Shown here: piece after piece, positions 14,354-26,645 of the stretch
Position numbering within the stretch: the stretch's first letter is position 1
Layout: every line of letters begins with the position of its first letter
Assembly: GCA_964016885.1 (NCBI GenBank)
Contig: OZ024742.1
Location: 378,200,001-378,264,000, forward strand
Direction of reading: 5' to 3'
Source of the DNA: Eledone cirrhosa
Taxonomy: Eukaryota
Length of the DNA: 64,000 nt
Position numbers and translations under genes: made by a program
The notes under the pieces: model-generated
Database searches by the model: none
What the model was told of the DNA's origin: nothing
What the model saw: the letters and a program-made list of their open reading frames with translations, nothing else

Positions 14354-16291
14354 ATGCAAATTCTATCAAAAGGACTGAAATTCACACCGACTCCAACAGT
14401 CAACCACCAAGAACTAAAGGAGGATACCCAAGATTTCTGTCGTAAATTACGACTTGTAGAATTCTTCGCTGATAAAAGTAATGAGAGTTATGAATCACTA
14501 GTAAAAAATAAATCAAATTTCACTCCGCCATACGGAAGCAATATCTATCTCGACCAATACATTGATATCCTGTCTAAATTTACTCTTAGACGTAATACTA
14601 ATGTCAAGCCAAACATGAACAAATCGGAAATGTCTGCACTTAAACGTATACAAAATGATAAAACAATAATAATTAAACAAGCAGATAAATGGGGTGCAAT
14701 TGTTATAATAGATGCTGAATACAACAAAGATTTGGTTGAGGAACAACTGAAAGACATAACATTCTACCGTGAAATAGCGTTAAATATAGACCACATCATG
14801 AAGAAGATCAACAACCTGGCTTCAAAATACCACAACTCACTTACTGATAAGGAAAGAGACTACAGCATCAATTTTGAGCCAAAACCCAGCAACTTTTGTG
14901 GCTTACCGAACATTCATAAGTCAAAATAAATCCAACTGGCAGTAAAAGAACAAAAAAAGTGAGTACATTAAATTACTACACCCAAAAGACTTAAAACTAA
15001 GACCTATTATAGCTGGTCCAACATGCCCTAAGCAATTTTGTTGGAAAAACATAGAGAAGTAATTCCCACCAGACTCACAGTGCCATTTATATTAGACGCA
15101 GTCAGACTTACTCTGGAAAACAAGACATTCTTCTTCAATGGAAAAAATTACATCCAAATTAGATGCACAGCGATGGGAACGAAGTTTGCTTCCGTTTACG
15201 CGAACTCTGTAATGGGATACTTAGAACAACAACTCTACCAAGAAATAGAGGAAAAATATAGCACTGAATTTAGAAAGTACATTGAAAAGTCTTGGAAGAG
15301 ATACCTTGACGACGGTTTAATCATCTGGACAGAATCTCTAGATACTCTGCATGAGTTTAATATCCTCCTGAATAACCTACACCCATCTCTCCAATTTACA
15401 AAAGAGATGAGTAGTACCAAATTACCATTCCTAGATATAATGGTAATCAAAAACGACACCACCATTACCACGGATATATACTATAAACACACAGACACCC
15501 ATCAATATCTGAATTTTAAGTCGTGCCATCCACCTCATACAAAACGCAACATCCCATACTGCCTAGCCAGAAGAATGTGTACCATTATAGAAGATACGAA
15601 TACCAGGAACAAACGCCTACCGGAACTGAGAGAATTTTTGTTCAAACAAAAATACCCATCTCTACTTATAGAAAATGGCATACAGCGGGCTATAAAAATA
15701 CCTATACAACAACTTAGGACAACCCAAGGAAGAAGAAACCAAGAACTGGTCATACCATTTATAATGACACACAACCCATGTCACCAGAATATCTTCAACA
15801 CTGCCAAAGCAAACCTACCAATCATTGCTCAAAGTAATGAATTAAAAGGCTTAATCACAGACCGAAAGTTTGACGTTAACAACAAAGACCAATCATTCAC
15901 CGTATCTAACTGCAATGATAGTCGATGTGGCACTTGTCAGTTCATACATACTGGTCAATATATGAACACAAAAACTGGACAAATATTTCCAAATGCAAAT
16001 ATGAACTGCAAAAGCAGAAATCTAGTTTACTGCAATAAATGCCCGAATTGTGAAGAACTATATGTCGGTCAAACTGGAAATGTACTATCGGAACATGCAC
16101 GGGTACACCGACAGTAAACCAGAGACCCAAATGTCCGTCAGATACCCCTAAGTAACCATCAAGCGACATGTGGTCAGAAAATATTTATAATATTTGCATT
16201 CTACAAACTACACACCCCGAGTGAAATCAAGAGAAAAAATAAAGAAAAGAATTTTATTGATAAATTCCAACCCAAGCTAAATGAACAATAA
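14354..16291 (+). pseudogene. Disrupted Penelope-like (Neptune-type) RT + GIY-YIG endonuclease ORF
   Basis: Motifs LSKGLKFTPTP, IIKQADKWGAIV, GLPNIHK, QIRCTAMGTKFASVYAN and RYLDDG; Cys linker CNDSRCGTC; NLVYCNKCPNCEELYVGQT. The frame continues past the stop at 16117 to ...KFQPKLNEQ* (16291). Stops/frameshifts at ~14929-15030 and an apparent deletion of RT motif A. Confidence 0.9.
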
Positions 16292-16464
16292 TAATACTTA
16301 GGGGTATTACTTCTACTATGACTACGCCTTCGACCATGTCGACTACCACCACTAACAACAACAACAACAATAATAATAATAATAGTGATGTTGATGTTGA
16401 TGATTACTGAAGATTTTTTATAAAAACCCTAGAAAATGGTATTTTCATCATTTCTAAAAATAGC

Positions 16465-16487
16465 AATATATATATACATATGTATGC

Positions 16488-16571
<84 letters not shown>
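16465..16571. repeat. (TA)n microsatellite
   Basis: Read directly from the sequence. Confidence 0.95.
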
Positions 16572-16573
<2 letters not shown>

Positions 16574-16935
16574 AAGGCGGGTAAAATTCCCGAGATCCAT
16601 GGACGAGTTCTCTCCAGCGGTCTCTGTCCCTCATTATCGCTGCCATATCCTGCATCTCCAACAGACCAGTGTCTGTCCTTAGGGCATCAACATATGTTAA
16701 CCTTGGTCTTCCTCTTCTAGAAACTCACTCAGATGGTGGATGGGTGCTACACGAGAATGCTGAGGATGGCTCTGAACATTAATCAGTATACACTGAGGAT
16801 GAAAAACTCAGAGCTGTATGGGAGCATCCCAAAAGTCAGCTCAAAAGTGATACAGAGGAGACTGAGGTTGGCTGGACATGCTCACCGACATCCAGAGTTG
16901 ACATTGCACTCAGTGCTCCTTTGGGAGCCCCTACA
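16572..16935 (-). mobile_element. 5'-truncated, 5'-inverted RTE-like LINE 3' end in (TA)n
   Basis: Minus 16572-16720 encodes [39 protein letters not shown]. Plus 16721-16935 encodes the immediately upstream segment DGCYTRMLRMALNI...RRLRLAGHAHRHPE...LLWEPLH. Confidence 0.85.
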
Positions 16936-17032
16936 TATATATATATATATAAATATAAATATATATGTATATATACATATATGTATATATATATATGTAT
17001 GTATATATATGTGTGTATATATATAACAAAGG

Positions 17033-17267
17033 TGTAGTAGGACGCCTCACGCTCCTTGATAGAACAACGCCGGTTGAGAACGCCAGAAAGAAAAGACAGA
17101 CAGCCACTGAAAAGCCGACTGAACACACGCCAGAAACCAGCCTCTGTACAACACCATTGTTTGTGCTACATCAAAAAATAAACGTATATTTCATTTCTAA
17201 TTTCTGCTGTTGAAATAATTATTATGTCACTCGTATCTCGATAACATCTATAACTAATACTGCTAAA
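17033..17267 (+). repeat. 5' LTR
   Basis: TGTAGTAG...TACTGCTAAA; 7 differences from the 3' LTR by eye; contains AATAAA. Confidence 0.95.
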
Positions 17268-17268
17268 G

Positions 17269-17281
17269 TGGTGACCGACGT
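17269..17281 (+). promoter_or_regulatory. Primer-binding site, degenerate tRNA-Trp type
   Basis: TGGTGACCGACGT 1 nt after the LTR; the tRNA-Trp PBS is TGGTGACCCCGACGT, so two C are missing. Confidence 0.7.
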
Positions 17282-18145
17282 AAGAATTTAACGCAGCCCT
17301 TCTTTTTCATTCAGTTGATCTTTTATTGCCGGCCTTTTTTTCGCATCTTGCGAAAATAAAAAATAATCCTTTTAAAATTATCGAAAAATTAGTAGTATTT
17401 CATGAACTTTTTGCTACACTCGACAACAACAACGACAGCAGCAGCAGCGACAACATTGTTTAACCACTGACCAAAACAGGGAATAGTGAGTGGCAGCTTC
17501 ATAGCCTTACCGACGCAGACCACCACACATCGGAAATATCAAAACGATTCATTCGTGTCGATAATTTAGAGCAACTTTTTTTTATTCACTTGAATATTCC
17601 ATTTCCGTTGCCAACTTTTTCGCAACTTACAGAAGAAAAAAGAAAAAAGTGTATTTTTCCAAGGTGGCGTTGCGTTCCTTCCCAGTTTTGTAACGGACAC
17701 ATTTTTTGAATTGCGTATGTGTTCCATGACTGATCAAGAGAGAAGCGACTAAACTTTTTTTTGTGAACATAACTGCCCCGCATGGGGATATACATGCCTT
17801 ACCTTTTTCTAAGGGATTTTTAGCCACTGGCTACCTTTGTTGATATCCAACGCGGATATATTAAAAAAAAAAACAAACATTTTTTTCCTCCTCTTTTTTA
17901 CCTTGTTTGATTTGGCTGGTTCGTTGAAGCAACACGAGGGGACAGACGTTGAAGGAAAGTTTTTTTTTTAAAAGATATATATATGTATTTTATGTATTTT
18001 GCATATTTCCTTATGTTTTGAATGTCTGTTTCTTTTTGCCCTTTAACTTTTTCTCAATATTGGCTGTTCTCTTTTCACTGTACAAGGGTACAGTAATTGC
18101 TGTTTAGATATATATGTATATATTTTTTTATAAAAGTTAACATGA

Positions 18146-18910
18146 ATGTGCCACATTTGCCCGCCTTTACTGGAAAACCTAAGATGTGGTTTACCCAGTT
18201 ACAGGCGTATTTTACGGTCTGTAATACCGAATCTGACCAGCGCCTCGCTGCCTTCCCCCCAATCTAGCAGATTCGGTCCAAGACCTAATTACAGACCCCC
18301 CCCCCCCTCTGACTTGACGTATGAGTTTTTGAAGGGCGAGATTTTGAGGAGAAATTGTAAGTCGGTAGAGAGTCGTTTTCGGTCATTGATCGAGGACGAA
18401 CGATTAGGTGACAGAACCCCTACCGCTTTTCTCCGGCATTTGCGGGATTTGAGCGATTCCCAATATCAGGATGGCCCTTTCCTGAAGCAATTGTTCTTCT
18501 CTCGCCTACCTCAAGAGGTACAGGCGATCCTAGCCCATATGCTAGAGGTGAATACCCTGGATCACATTGCTGTCTCTGCTGACAAAATTGTAGAGGTGAC
18601 GAAGAGAGACACTTCGAAGCCAAAGTACGTTGCTTCCTCTTCTCTTCCTCAATCACGCTCATCAGCGTCTGATGGCAATTTAATCACCACAATGGAAGCC
18701 ATGACTCGTCAAATGGCGGAGTTGTGCAAGGAATTCAGGTCCTTTGGACGGCAGAGGAGCCGCTCACGACGTTATTCAACTTCTCGTCACCGTAGCCCTT
18801 CCAACACACCAGGAACACCATATTGTTATTACCATGAAAGATATGGTAAAAAAGCCGCCCGTTGTAGGCCTCCTTGTGCTTACAAGGGAAAAGACGACCA
18901 GAGTCACTAA
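18146..18910 (+). pseudogene. gag: Gypsy gag, N-terminus frameshifted
   Basis: LGDRTPTAFLRHLR, QLFFSRLPQEVQAIL and CYYHERYGKKAARCRPPC (CHCC knuckle). The N-terminal PPFTGKPKMWFTQLQAYF lies in another frame. Confidence 0.85.
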
Positions 18911-21900
18911 CGGCGGATAGTGCGCTCTGCGAAACATCATCCAACCGCCACTTTTTCATTGAGGACCTGCTGTCAGGTATAGCCTTTCTGGTTGACACAG
19001 GTGCAGTTTGTTCAATATGGCCTGTGTGTTGTATGAAGGAGACTCCCCCTGAGACGCCTATTGAGTTGCAGGCAGTAAATTGTTCGCTGATTCGAACTTT
19101 CGGACAAATCTCGTTACCTTTGCAGTTTCGTAATCTGCGGCGCGAGTTTAAATGGATATTTACTGTCGCTGCCTTGCCGTAACCGATTCTAGGCGCGGAT
19201 TTTCTCCACCATTTTTCATTGACGGTGGACCTTCGTGGTAAACGCCTAATTGATGGCATCACGGGATTAACTGTTGTTGGCAAGGCAGCAGGAGTTCCAA
19301 CGGTTAGCCCGACATTTTTTCTTGCTAACACCGGTGATCCTTTCCATGCGTTGCTGAACTCGTTCCCGCAACTGACTCGGGGAAATTTTCGATTTGATGA
19401 ACCAACTCATACCACGGAGCACTTCATATCTACAACTGGTGCTCCCGTTTTCTCTCGTCCTCGTCGCTTGCCTCCGGACAAACTCAAAGCAGCACGATCA
19501 GAGTTTGATCATATGCTGCAAATGGGGATTATTCGTCCGTCCACGAGCCCGTGGGCGTCCCCATTACACATGGTACCGAAAGCGAATGGCGATTGGAGAC
19601 CTACTGGAGATTATCGACGCCTGAATTCGATAACGGTACCGGACCGTTATCCTATCCCTCATCTGCAAGACTTTGCGTCTTCGTTGCAGGGATGCAAGAT
19701 ATTCTCCAAACTGGATTTAATTCGTGCGTACCATCAAATTCCTGTCCATAAAAATGACATTCCAAAAACGGCTATAGTTACGCCATTTGGGTCTTTCGAG
19801 TTTTTGACTGTGCCGTTCGGATTAAGGAATGCCGCTAGTACTTTTCAGCGGTTTATGGATGAGGTTACTCGCGGCCTCGATTTCGTCTATACCTATATTG
19901 ACGATCTGCTCATTGCTAGTTCTTCTCCAGAGCAGCATACGCACCATTTGAATCTTCTTTTCCGCCGATTGAAGGCGTATAACGTGCAGCTTAATGCACC
20001 CAAATGTGTTTTTGGTGCTGAGTCACTGACTTTCTTGGGTCACGTCATCGATGCTGACGGTATTCGACCCCGGCCTGAGCGAGTTAAGGTCATAGAGGAT
20101 TTGCCTCCACCGACCTCACTACGTCAGTTACGCCAGTTCTTAGGTCTGGTTAACTTTTATAGGCGTTTCGTGCCAAATTGTGCAAAATTGCTTTTCTCCC
20201 TGACAGAAATTTTGAAAAATTGTCGGAGGAAGAACAAAGATATTTCTTTGATAGACACTCAACTTGCTGATTTTCAGCACGCCAAAACTGTTTTGGCTAA
20301 TGCTTCGTTACTGACTCACCCGGTACCCGGTGCAAAGCTAACGCTTTGTGTTGATGCATCGGATATCGCTGTGGGCGCAGTACTACAGCAAAACATCAAT
20401 GGTTACCAGCAACCGCTGGAGTTTTTTTCCAAAAAGCTAAATCCTGCTGAGACGCGCTACAGCACCTTTGGAAGAGAGCTTTTAGCCATCTATTTGGCCG
20501 TGAAACATTTTTCACATGTGCTAGAGGGTAGGCAATTTACTATCCTCACTGACCATAAACCATTGACTTTTGCTTTGAGAGCGAAGGCTGATAAATACTC
20601 ACCCAGAGAGACGAGACACCTTGATTTCATCTCGCAATATACGAGTGATATCCAGCACATTCCGGGTTCACTAAATACAGCGGCCGATGCTTTGTCCCGC
20701 TTACCCGTGACAGCGATCTCGTCATCCTCTGACATAGATCTGACTCGTTTGGCTGCGGATCAGCCTCCCCTTGAGTCATTGGATGTCACATCGCCCGAGT
20801 TTGCGAATTGCGAGATGAAATACTTGCCTCTGTCGACTGCAGTTGGCCAAATTCTCTGCGACGTCTCTTTGGACGTGCCTAGGCCCTTCGTTCCAGAGAA
20901 TCATCGTCGGACCGTGTTTCTGGGATTACATTGTATCTTGCATCCAGGATCTTCTGCCACAGCAAAGCTCATATCAGCTAGATTTTTCTGGCCAAATATG
21001 AGGCGTGAAATTGCTGCTTGGTGCCGTTACTGCGTCGCTTGCCAGAGATCAAAGGTCCATCGACACGTCAAGGCTCCCCTGGGTACACGTCAAGGCTAAC
21101 CCAGATGCGCGTTTTTCACATATTCATATTGACATAGTGGGACCTTGGCCTGTCAGCGATGGTTTTTCTTATCTACTTACCGTCATTGACCGTTTTTCGA
21201 GATGGCCTGAGGCCATCCCCTTTAAAAACATCACCGCGGAGACAACAGCACGTGCTCTTGTGTCTGGATGGATCTCTCGTTATGGAGTTCCATCCACAAT
21301 AACTACCGACCGTGGACGACAGTTCGAGTCGAGCCTTTTCCTCGAGCTGTCAAAATTAATTGGTGCTAAACGCATTAGAACTACGGCATACCATCCCGCT
21401 TCGAATGGTATAGTGGAGCGTTTTCACCGACAACTGAAGGCCTCCTTAATGGCCTCAATGGACTCGGCGCATTGGAGCGAGTACCTCCCTATTGTGCTAC
21501 TAGGGATTCGGTCAACGGTGAAGGTCGACTTACTGTACGGTGCCCCTCTGACGTTGCCCGGGCAAATGCTTGCCCCTATCGATCTTGATGCCCAAGATCA
21601 CGCTTCCTACGTGTCCCGTTTGCGCTCCTATTTCCAGGATTTGCCGGCAATGGACACTAGGAAACAAACTGTCAAGACTGCTGTCCCGAGGGATATTGCC
21701 TCGTGGACGCATGTCTTTGTAAGGAATGATACGGTGAAGCCCCCGCTCACACAGCCTTACACTGGACCTTACCGTGTCTTAGCGCACTCGGCTAAGCATT
21801 CCACGTTAGATATTAGGGGGTCCAGGGAGACAGTTACATTAGACAGGCTTAAGCAGGCGCACCTTGACACGGACGCTGTGGTTCCTGATCCACGAACCCC

Positions 21901-22051
21901 TTCGTATTTGCCTGTTGAGCGAACGACTGTTCCTGAATCACCATCATCGCCTGTCCCTACACCACCACCATCGCCACGTTACAAGACCACGACCCGTTCA
22001 GGTCGTAGGGTCCACTGGCCCAAAAAATTTTGCAGCACCGTCTATATTTAG
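18874..22051 (+). pseudogene. pol: Gypsy pol (protease, RT, RNase H, integrase) with a stop at 19180-19182 and a frameshift near 21090
   Basis: FLVDTGA and ILGADFL; [29 protein letters not shown]; DAS, RELLAIY, TDHKPL, ADALSR; [28 protein letters not shown]. Confidence 0.95.
18886..18927 (+). promoter_or_regulatory. Putative -1 ribosomal frameshift signal between gag and pol
   Basis: Slippery heptamer G GGA AAA (18886-18892) in the gag frame, a 6-nt spacer, then a CAGAG.CACTA...TAGTG..CTCTG stem-loop. Pol is in the -1 frame. Confidence 0.65.
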
Positions 22052-22274
22052 ACCATGTTAGCTGCACCTTTTTTTGCCTCTGTGTTTCTGCTTTTTCTTT
22101 GCCTTGTTTTTTTATGCATGCATGTCGTTTTTTTTTAACATTTTTCAAATCCTTATTCTGGATTCAATTTTTGATAGAGCGGATAGCTCCCCCTTATTGC
22201 ATTGTTCGCCATCTTACTCCACATGTGAGTAATGACATCGATTTTCGATAATTTGAAAATCTGGCTCGAGGTAC

Positions 22275-22509
22275 TGTAGTAAGACGCCTCACGCTCCTTG
22301 CTAGAACAACGCCGGTTGAGAACGCCAGAAAGAAAAGACAGACAGTCACTGGAAAGCCGACTGATCACACGCCAGAAACCAGCATCTGTACAACACCATT
22401 GTTTGTGCTACATCAAAAAATAAACGTATATTTCATCTCTAATTTCTGCTGTTGAAATAATTATTATGTCACTCGTATCTCGATAACATCTATAACTAAT
22501 ACTGCTAAA
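22275..22509 (+). repeat. 3' LTR
   Basis: Direct repeat of 17033-17267. Confidence 0.95.
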
Positions 22510-22695
22510 AAGGAAATGTGGTAAGGAACCAGATGGACCAAAACGCACCAGAGTACTCAATACTTAGGGTAGTAGAGTGGGAAATAGGAAAAAGTCTAAC
22601 CCCGACGGCAGAGCTCAAGCCGTTTCGACAGCTATTTCTGGACATGAAATAGCCGTCGAAACGGCTTGAGCTCTGCCGTCGGGGTCATACTTTTT

Positions 22696-22700
<5 letters not shown>
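22510..22700 (-). mobile_element. ~200-bp TA-flanked foldback mini-element, copy 1 (interrupted by the Gypsy element)
   Basis: Homologous to 32894-33090; hairpin at 22584-22700; its first bases (ATAACAAAGG) lie at 17023-17032. Confidence 0.85.
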
Positions 22701-22756
<56 letters not shown>

Positions 22757-23204
22757 ACGTGGTTGACGGCTGAGAGAAAAGAGTACTCAATGCCAAAGTA
22801 GAGTTATTAAGGCTAAATAGTGTGTCTTGGTTTTTACAAGAATTGTATATATGGTTCTATTAAGTTACACACGGCCTGAGCCAATACTAGCCGAAACCTA
22901 TCAAAGTTATCAAAGTTATATATTATTCAAGTAAAGAAGTGTTGATCAATTAATCTACCAACTGTAGTCTTAAACAGATGTAAAGTACATGTACATCTAT
23001 ATATTAGAGAAACTTACTGTCGGACCTATTCCTAGCCTTTGTTTTATTTGCTGTAGTTAAGTATTAAAATGTAAATAGTTATTAGATTCTCATCATTGGC
23101 TGTCCGTTTATGTGTGGCTATGTGGAATATTGGACATTCAATGTTCAAACATTTAACTCAAAGCACTCCTTCTTTAACCTTCTGACTACGTCAGGCTTTG
23201 TTTG

Positions 23205-24090
23205 TACGGTAGAGGGTTGGACGCCATGCTTTGCAAGCAAAGAGTTACGTCCCTTTATGGTCCGAGTTCAAATACCGCCAATGTTAACTTTGCCTTTCAT
23301 CCTTACGGGGTCGATAAATAAAGTACCAGTAATACACTGAGATAATTGCTGGCCTTGTGCCAAAAGTAGAAACAATTATTTTTCCATTCATTAGAGAGGT
23401 GGATTGGCAGTAATCGGTAGAGCACCGGAAAACATGCTTAGCAGCATAGAGTTACGGTCCTTTACGTTCTGAGTTCAAATCCCGCCGAGGTTAACTTTGC
23501 CTTTCATTCGTACGAGGTCGATAAAATAAAGTACCAGTAATGCACAGGGGTCGATTTAATCGACTTTCTCTCTCCCCCAAAATTGTTGACCTTGTACCTT
23601 AACCAGAAACCATTATTTTTCCATTTTTCCATTCAGGGTGGTGAATTGGCAGTATCGGTAGAGGGTCAGACATGCTTTCCAGCATAGTTACGTCCCTTTA
23701 CGATCTGAGTTCAAATCCCGCCGAGGTTAACTGTGCCTTTCATCCTTACGGGGTCGATAAAATAAAGTACCAGTAATGTACTGGGTATTTGCTGGCCTTG
23801 TGCCTAAAGTAGAAACAATTATTTTTCCATTCATTGTGGCGGTGGATTGGCAGTATCGGTAGAGGGTCGGACGCATAGTTACGTCCATTTACGATCTGAG
23901 TAATCGGTAGAGCACCGGAAAACATGCTTAGCAGCATAGAGTTACGGTCCTTTACGGTCTGAGTTCAAATCCCGCCGAGGTTAACTTTGCCTTTCATCCT
24001 TACGGGGTCGATAATATAAAGTACCAGTAATACACTGGGTAATTGCTGGCATTGTGCCAAAAGTAGAAACAATTATTTTTCCATTCATTA
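23205..24090 (+). mobile_element. Head-to-tail cluster of about 5 tRNA-derived SINE copies
   Basis: Repeated TGGCAGTATCGGTAGAG (A box), GAGTTCAAATCCC (B box), GCCTTTCATCCTTACGGGGTCGATAAAATAAAGTACCAG and GGCCTTGTGCC..AAGTAGAAAC. Copies at ~23205, 23396, 23636, 23836 (head only) and 23900. Confidence 0.9.
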
Positions 24091-24351
24091 ATGTGATGAG
24101 TTGACAGAATAATTAGTTTCAGATAAAATACCTTGCGGTATTTGTTTCATGTTTTTTACATTCTGTTGGGATCAACATTGCTTCTCAATAAAATGAAGGA
24201 GTTGTTAAATACTGGAGTCGATATATTTGGCAGAATAGGTAGAGCATCCGATAAGATACCTTGCGGTATTTGTTGCGGCTCTTTACGTTTATGAGTTCAA
24301 ATCCCACCGATGCCAACTTTGTTTTTCATCCATCCAGGTTTAATCGGCGTT

Positions 24352-24546
24352 ACCTTCTTCTTCTTCTTCTTCTTCTTCTTCTTCTTCTTCTTCTTCTTCT
24401 TCTTCTTCTTCTTCTTCTTCTCCTCCTCCTTCTTCTTCTTCTTCTTCTTCTTCTTCTTCTTCTTCTTCTTCTTCTTCTTCTTCTTCTCCTCCTCCTCCTC
24501 CTCCTCCTTCTTCTTCTTCTTCTTCTCCTCCTCCTTTTCCTTCTTC

Positions 24547-24578
<32 letters not shown>

Positions 24579-24872
24579 CTTCTTCTTCTGCTTCTTCTTC
24601 TTCTTCTTCTTCGTCGTCTCCTCCTCCTTTTCCTTCTTCTTCTTCTTCTTCTTCTTCTTCTTCGCCCATTTATTCCTGAGAGGGTTATGGGGGCAGAGTC
24701 CTCAAACACTCCTTCCAGTGGGTCCTGTCAGAAGTAACCATCTCCAACTGATCCGGCTGGATTCCCAAACGAGACCTACCAAGCCCATGTATGTTATCCG
24801 ACCCTCTTGCTCGGGGTCTACCCCTGGGTTACCTATAGGTTGGTTTAACCCGTAAAATCTGTCCATCGATTC
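24352..24872 (-). mobile_element. RTE-like LINE 3' end with an expanded (GAA)n tail
   Basis: Minus translation PRGRPRARGSDNIHGLGRSRLGIQPDQLEMVTSDRTHWKECLRTLPP. Apparent TSD TTTAATCG(G/A)CGTT at 24339-24351 and 24873-24885. Confidence 0.75.
24354..24663. repeat. (CTT)n/(CCT)n microsatellite
   Basis: Read directly from the sequence. Confidence 0.97.
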
Positions 24873-26559
24873 TTTAATCGACGTTCTCTTCTTAGAAAAG
24901 TCGTTAACCCTTTGCCTAAATTAGGAACCCTTAATTTGTCATTCATTTCTGGGTTATCAGGTATTGATCTGGCCTGTGTTCTATTGATGTATTTACACGT
25001 GTTAACCCATCAGTGGTCAGAGTAAATGTTAGTTCAATAACTTGTAGCTGAAAAAAATGCATTGTTTTGTTTGTTTGTTTTTCGTCAATATTAATAATTC
25101 CTTATTGGACTAAATATGCTTTATTGAGAAGATATTAATAATTTCAAAATATATAATCGAATATATTTAGCCAATATATAAGAACAAAATTAATATATAA
25201 AAAAATTAATATATAACAAAATTAATATATAACAGAATTAAACTACAATAACAAAATGCAATTAAATTGAAAATGAAAATTAATGATAAAAACAAGCAAA
25301 AAAAGCAACAAACAAACAACAACAAAAGAAAACAACAAAAAGCTTATAACTCTTAACGTCCTGTTCCACATGAAATAGCATTAGCAAAACATTCTTGAAA
25401 AGTACAAAACAGTACTATGACTGCATCACATTAACTCTTAACGTCCTGTACCGCATGAAGCAGCATTAACAAAACAACACTATGACTACATCACAATAAA
25501 AATGAAAGTCTTTATTCTAATTCTACAAATTTTCACAACGATCTGTTCATTATCAAAGATACGATAAGTGGTAAGAAACTCTCAAGAGAGGTGGGCAGCA
25601 GAAGGTATTTAGAGAAGAACCCCATTGAAGCGAGTGTTTCAGCCCTTAACGTTTTGCACTCTAAGGGAGCCGAGCCACATCCAGTTCATGACACTTGGGG
25701 CCACTACTGCTGATATTTAGCCATTCGGATATCAGAGACTTGTGTATTTAAACCTTATGGAGTTTTGTTGACAGGATCTAGCTGGAACTACTTTCCGTTG
25801 CCTCTACTTTCAAACTTATATTTTAAAGACTTTCTTGAATTGGAAAAATAACGTTTGTAGTCATAGTAGCGGTGAGACGTCGACGGCATCGCCGTCACCA
25901 ACAATAAACATTCTGTAAACATTCTACGAGTGGAACAATGCAAATATTTGTAGTGACCTACGTTCCTTGGGCGCAATGATACATTCTCCGTGCATTATTT
26001 GGCTCAGCTCAGCCAATCGCCGCCAGCGAAGGAGAATGTATCTCTACACGCCCTGCAGGAAACATTGCCGCGTCAGCTCAAAAAATCTCTCTCTTGCAGC
26101 TTGACCGTGGAAAGGTAAACAACTATTTTTCTTTCGCCGTGTAATCACTAGCCAATATGTAACACAACAATATAACCAGGGCCTGGCAACACTTCAGCCA
26201 GTAGACCGTGCCTTATGAAATTCTTAATTCGTTTGTTTCATTTGTTTTGGCATGCCAGCTCTACTCAGCTCCATCTTTGTAAATAAATTACATAAAAACA
26301 TCATAAAGTCTTGTGATGTTATTAACACACCTTTCCAGTTACAACGAATACAGCATCATGATAATTCTTCTTGGTGATATTACTATCATTATACATATGC
26401 CTGCTAAATATTCAACACTTTTCTATGTTACAGCATCTTACTGTATACAGTCGTTGCTTTTTTGTTACAGGTTCGTTGTTTAGAAATCAACTCCTTATAT
26501 ATGCGATAATATTAAGAAATTCAACTTCAAAATACAGAATGCTTTACAATATTGGTTCT

Positions 26560-26645
26560 AACTCTCTGCACTCTCTAGAATTCAAAGTCCGCCAAGGTCA
26601 ACTTTGCCTTTCATCCTTGATAGTCAAGTTCTGGGTCGATTATTC
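26560..26645 (+). mobile_element. Degenerate SINE fragment
   Basis: TTCAAAGTCCGCCAAGGTCAACTTTGCCTTTCATCC matches the SINE body. Confidence 0.65.

Larger units (their letters stand above)
17033..22509 (+). mobile_element. Full-length Ty3/Gypsy LTR retrotransposon, CsRn1-like clade, inactivated
   Basis: Two 235-bp LTRs, 4-bp TSD AAGG (17029-17032 and 22510-22513), tRNA-Trp-like PBS, CHCC gag motif and PR-RT-RH-IN domain order. Confidence 0.95.
24225..24935 (+). mobile_element. Older SINE copy split by an RTE insertion
   Basis: Head TGGCAGAATAGGTAGAGC and GAGTTCAAATCCC at 24228-24305; tail TGCCTAAATTAGGAAC near 24915. Confidence 0.6.

Noticed and set aside
16400-16450. Possible hammerhead CTGAAGA...GAAA after the Penelope ORF
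   Set aside because: Stem II does not close onto GAAA and stem I is out of register; at best a decayed relic.
22865-22915. GGC...GCC-GAAAC stem resembling a hammerhead
   Set aside because: The 5' catalytic core is absent.
24261-24855. Poly-L/F/E/R ORFs, and likewise the poly-Y/T/V, YI and CV ORFs elsewhere
   Set aside because: They are microsatellite translations.
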